A stretch of DNA of 43,877 bases, taken from IMG/VR virus record IMGVR_UViG_3300005613_000124, positions 1 to 43,877 of that record. The stretch is one strand, 5' to 3'. Made by a program: the position numbers and the translations under genes. The notes beneath the pieces were generated by a model. It saw only the letters and a program-made list of their open reading frames with translations, was not told where the DNA came from and searched no databases. Below, one piece after another: positions 43,444-43,877 of this stretch (position 1 is its first letter; the number at the start of each line of letters is the position of its first letter). This DNA comes from a virus. Lineage: Duplodnaviria > Caudoviricetes.

Positions 43444-43580
43444 TGATGGACCAAGCGTGAGACGCCTCAAGAACGCACAGAGGCTTGGCCTCGTGCTCCG
43501 GTAGTGACCCCGGAGCCGCTCGTCACTAGGCAAAAAGCCCGATGCTTTCGCAGAGCGGGAACGATTGCTTTCGCAATCGA

Positions 43581-43652
43581 CTGGCGTGGCAGGATTCGAA
43601 CCTGCGACAACTCGATTAACAGTCGAGGGTTCTGCCGCTGAACTACACGCCA
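43581..43652 (-). tRNA. tRNA-Asn(GTT)
   Basis: CTCGA-CTGTTAA-TCGAG. Confidence 0.9.
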
Positions 43653-43676
43653 TTGGTGAGAATCGAAGATTCTCAA

Positions 43677-43749
43677 TGGAAACAACTGGACTCGAACCAG
43701 TGCTCTTTCGATTATCAGTCGAATGCTTTACCAACTAAGCTATGTTTCC
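43677..43749 (-). tRNA. tRNA-Ile(GAT)
   Basis: TTCGA-CTGATAA-TCGAA. Confidence 0.92.
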
Positions 43750-43753
43750 AAGG

Positions 43754-43827
43754 GGGGAACAATCGGATTTGAACCGATAACACCTTGATCTTCAATCAAG
43801 TGCTCTACCAATTGGAGCTATGTTCCC
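43754..43827 (-). tRNA. tRNA-Phe(GAA)
   Basis: CTTGA-TTGAAGA-TCAAG. Confidence 0.9.
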
Positions 43828-43830
43828 AAG

Positions 43831-43877
43831 TCCAGATGAAAGGATTCGAACCTCCGACAACTCCGCCCCAAACGGAG
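43831..43877 (-). tRNA. tRNA-Pro(TGG), 3' part only (window edge)
   Basis: CTCCG-TTTGGGG-CGGAG plus T-arm. Confidence 0.8.

Noticed and set aside
41019-43734. ORFs called across the tRNA/tmRNA region
   Set aside because: They overlap clear tRNA cloverleaves and are translation artefacts.
39853-43877. Suppressor or selenocysteine tRNAs / stop-codon recoding
   Set aside because: No CTA, TTA or TCA anticodons were found, and genes are intact under the standard code.

Overview
A 43.9-kb segment of a contractile-tailed (myovirus-like) phage, very probably a cyanophage; essentially every real gene is on the minus strand. Bases 1-26.2k are a virion module with Mu-like head genes (portal, protease-scaffold, gpF-like, cement, major capsid), tail tube, a 1299-aa sheath, baseplate proteins and a -1 frameshifted tail chaperone. 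The major capsid gene is split by a group I intron carrying an HNH endonuclease. Bases 26.2-33.4k cover DNA metabolism: a thymidylate-synthase homolog with the cytosine-specifying Asp, a dNMP kinase, a mitochondrial Pol-gamma-like polymerase and an MBD4-like glycosylase. Together these suggest a write-and-repair system for modified cytosine, the best candidate for an undescribed system here. Bases 34-39.2k hold an RNA end-healing/ligation cluster driven by repeated palindrome-plus-leaderless promoters. Bases 39.8-43.9k hold 25 complete and 1 partial tRNA genes, a very small circularly permuted tmRNA, peroxiredoxin, an RlpA-like gene and candidate structured RNAs. All family calls come from motif recognition by eye; no database search was run.
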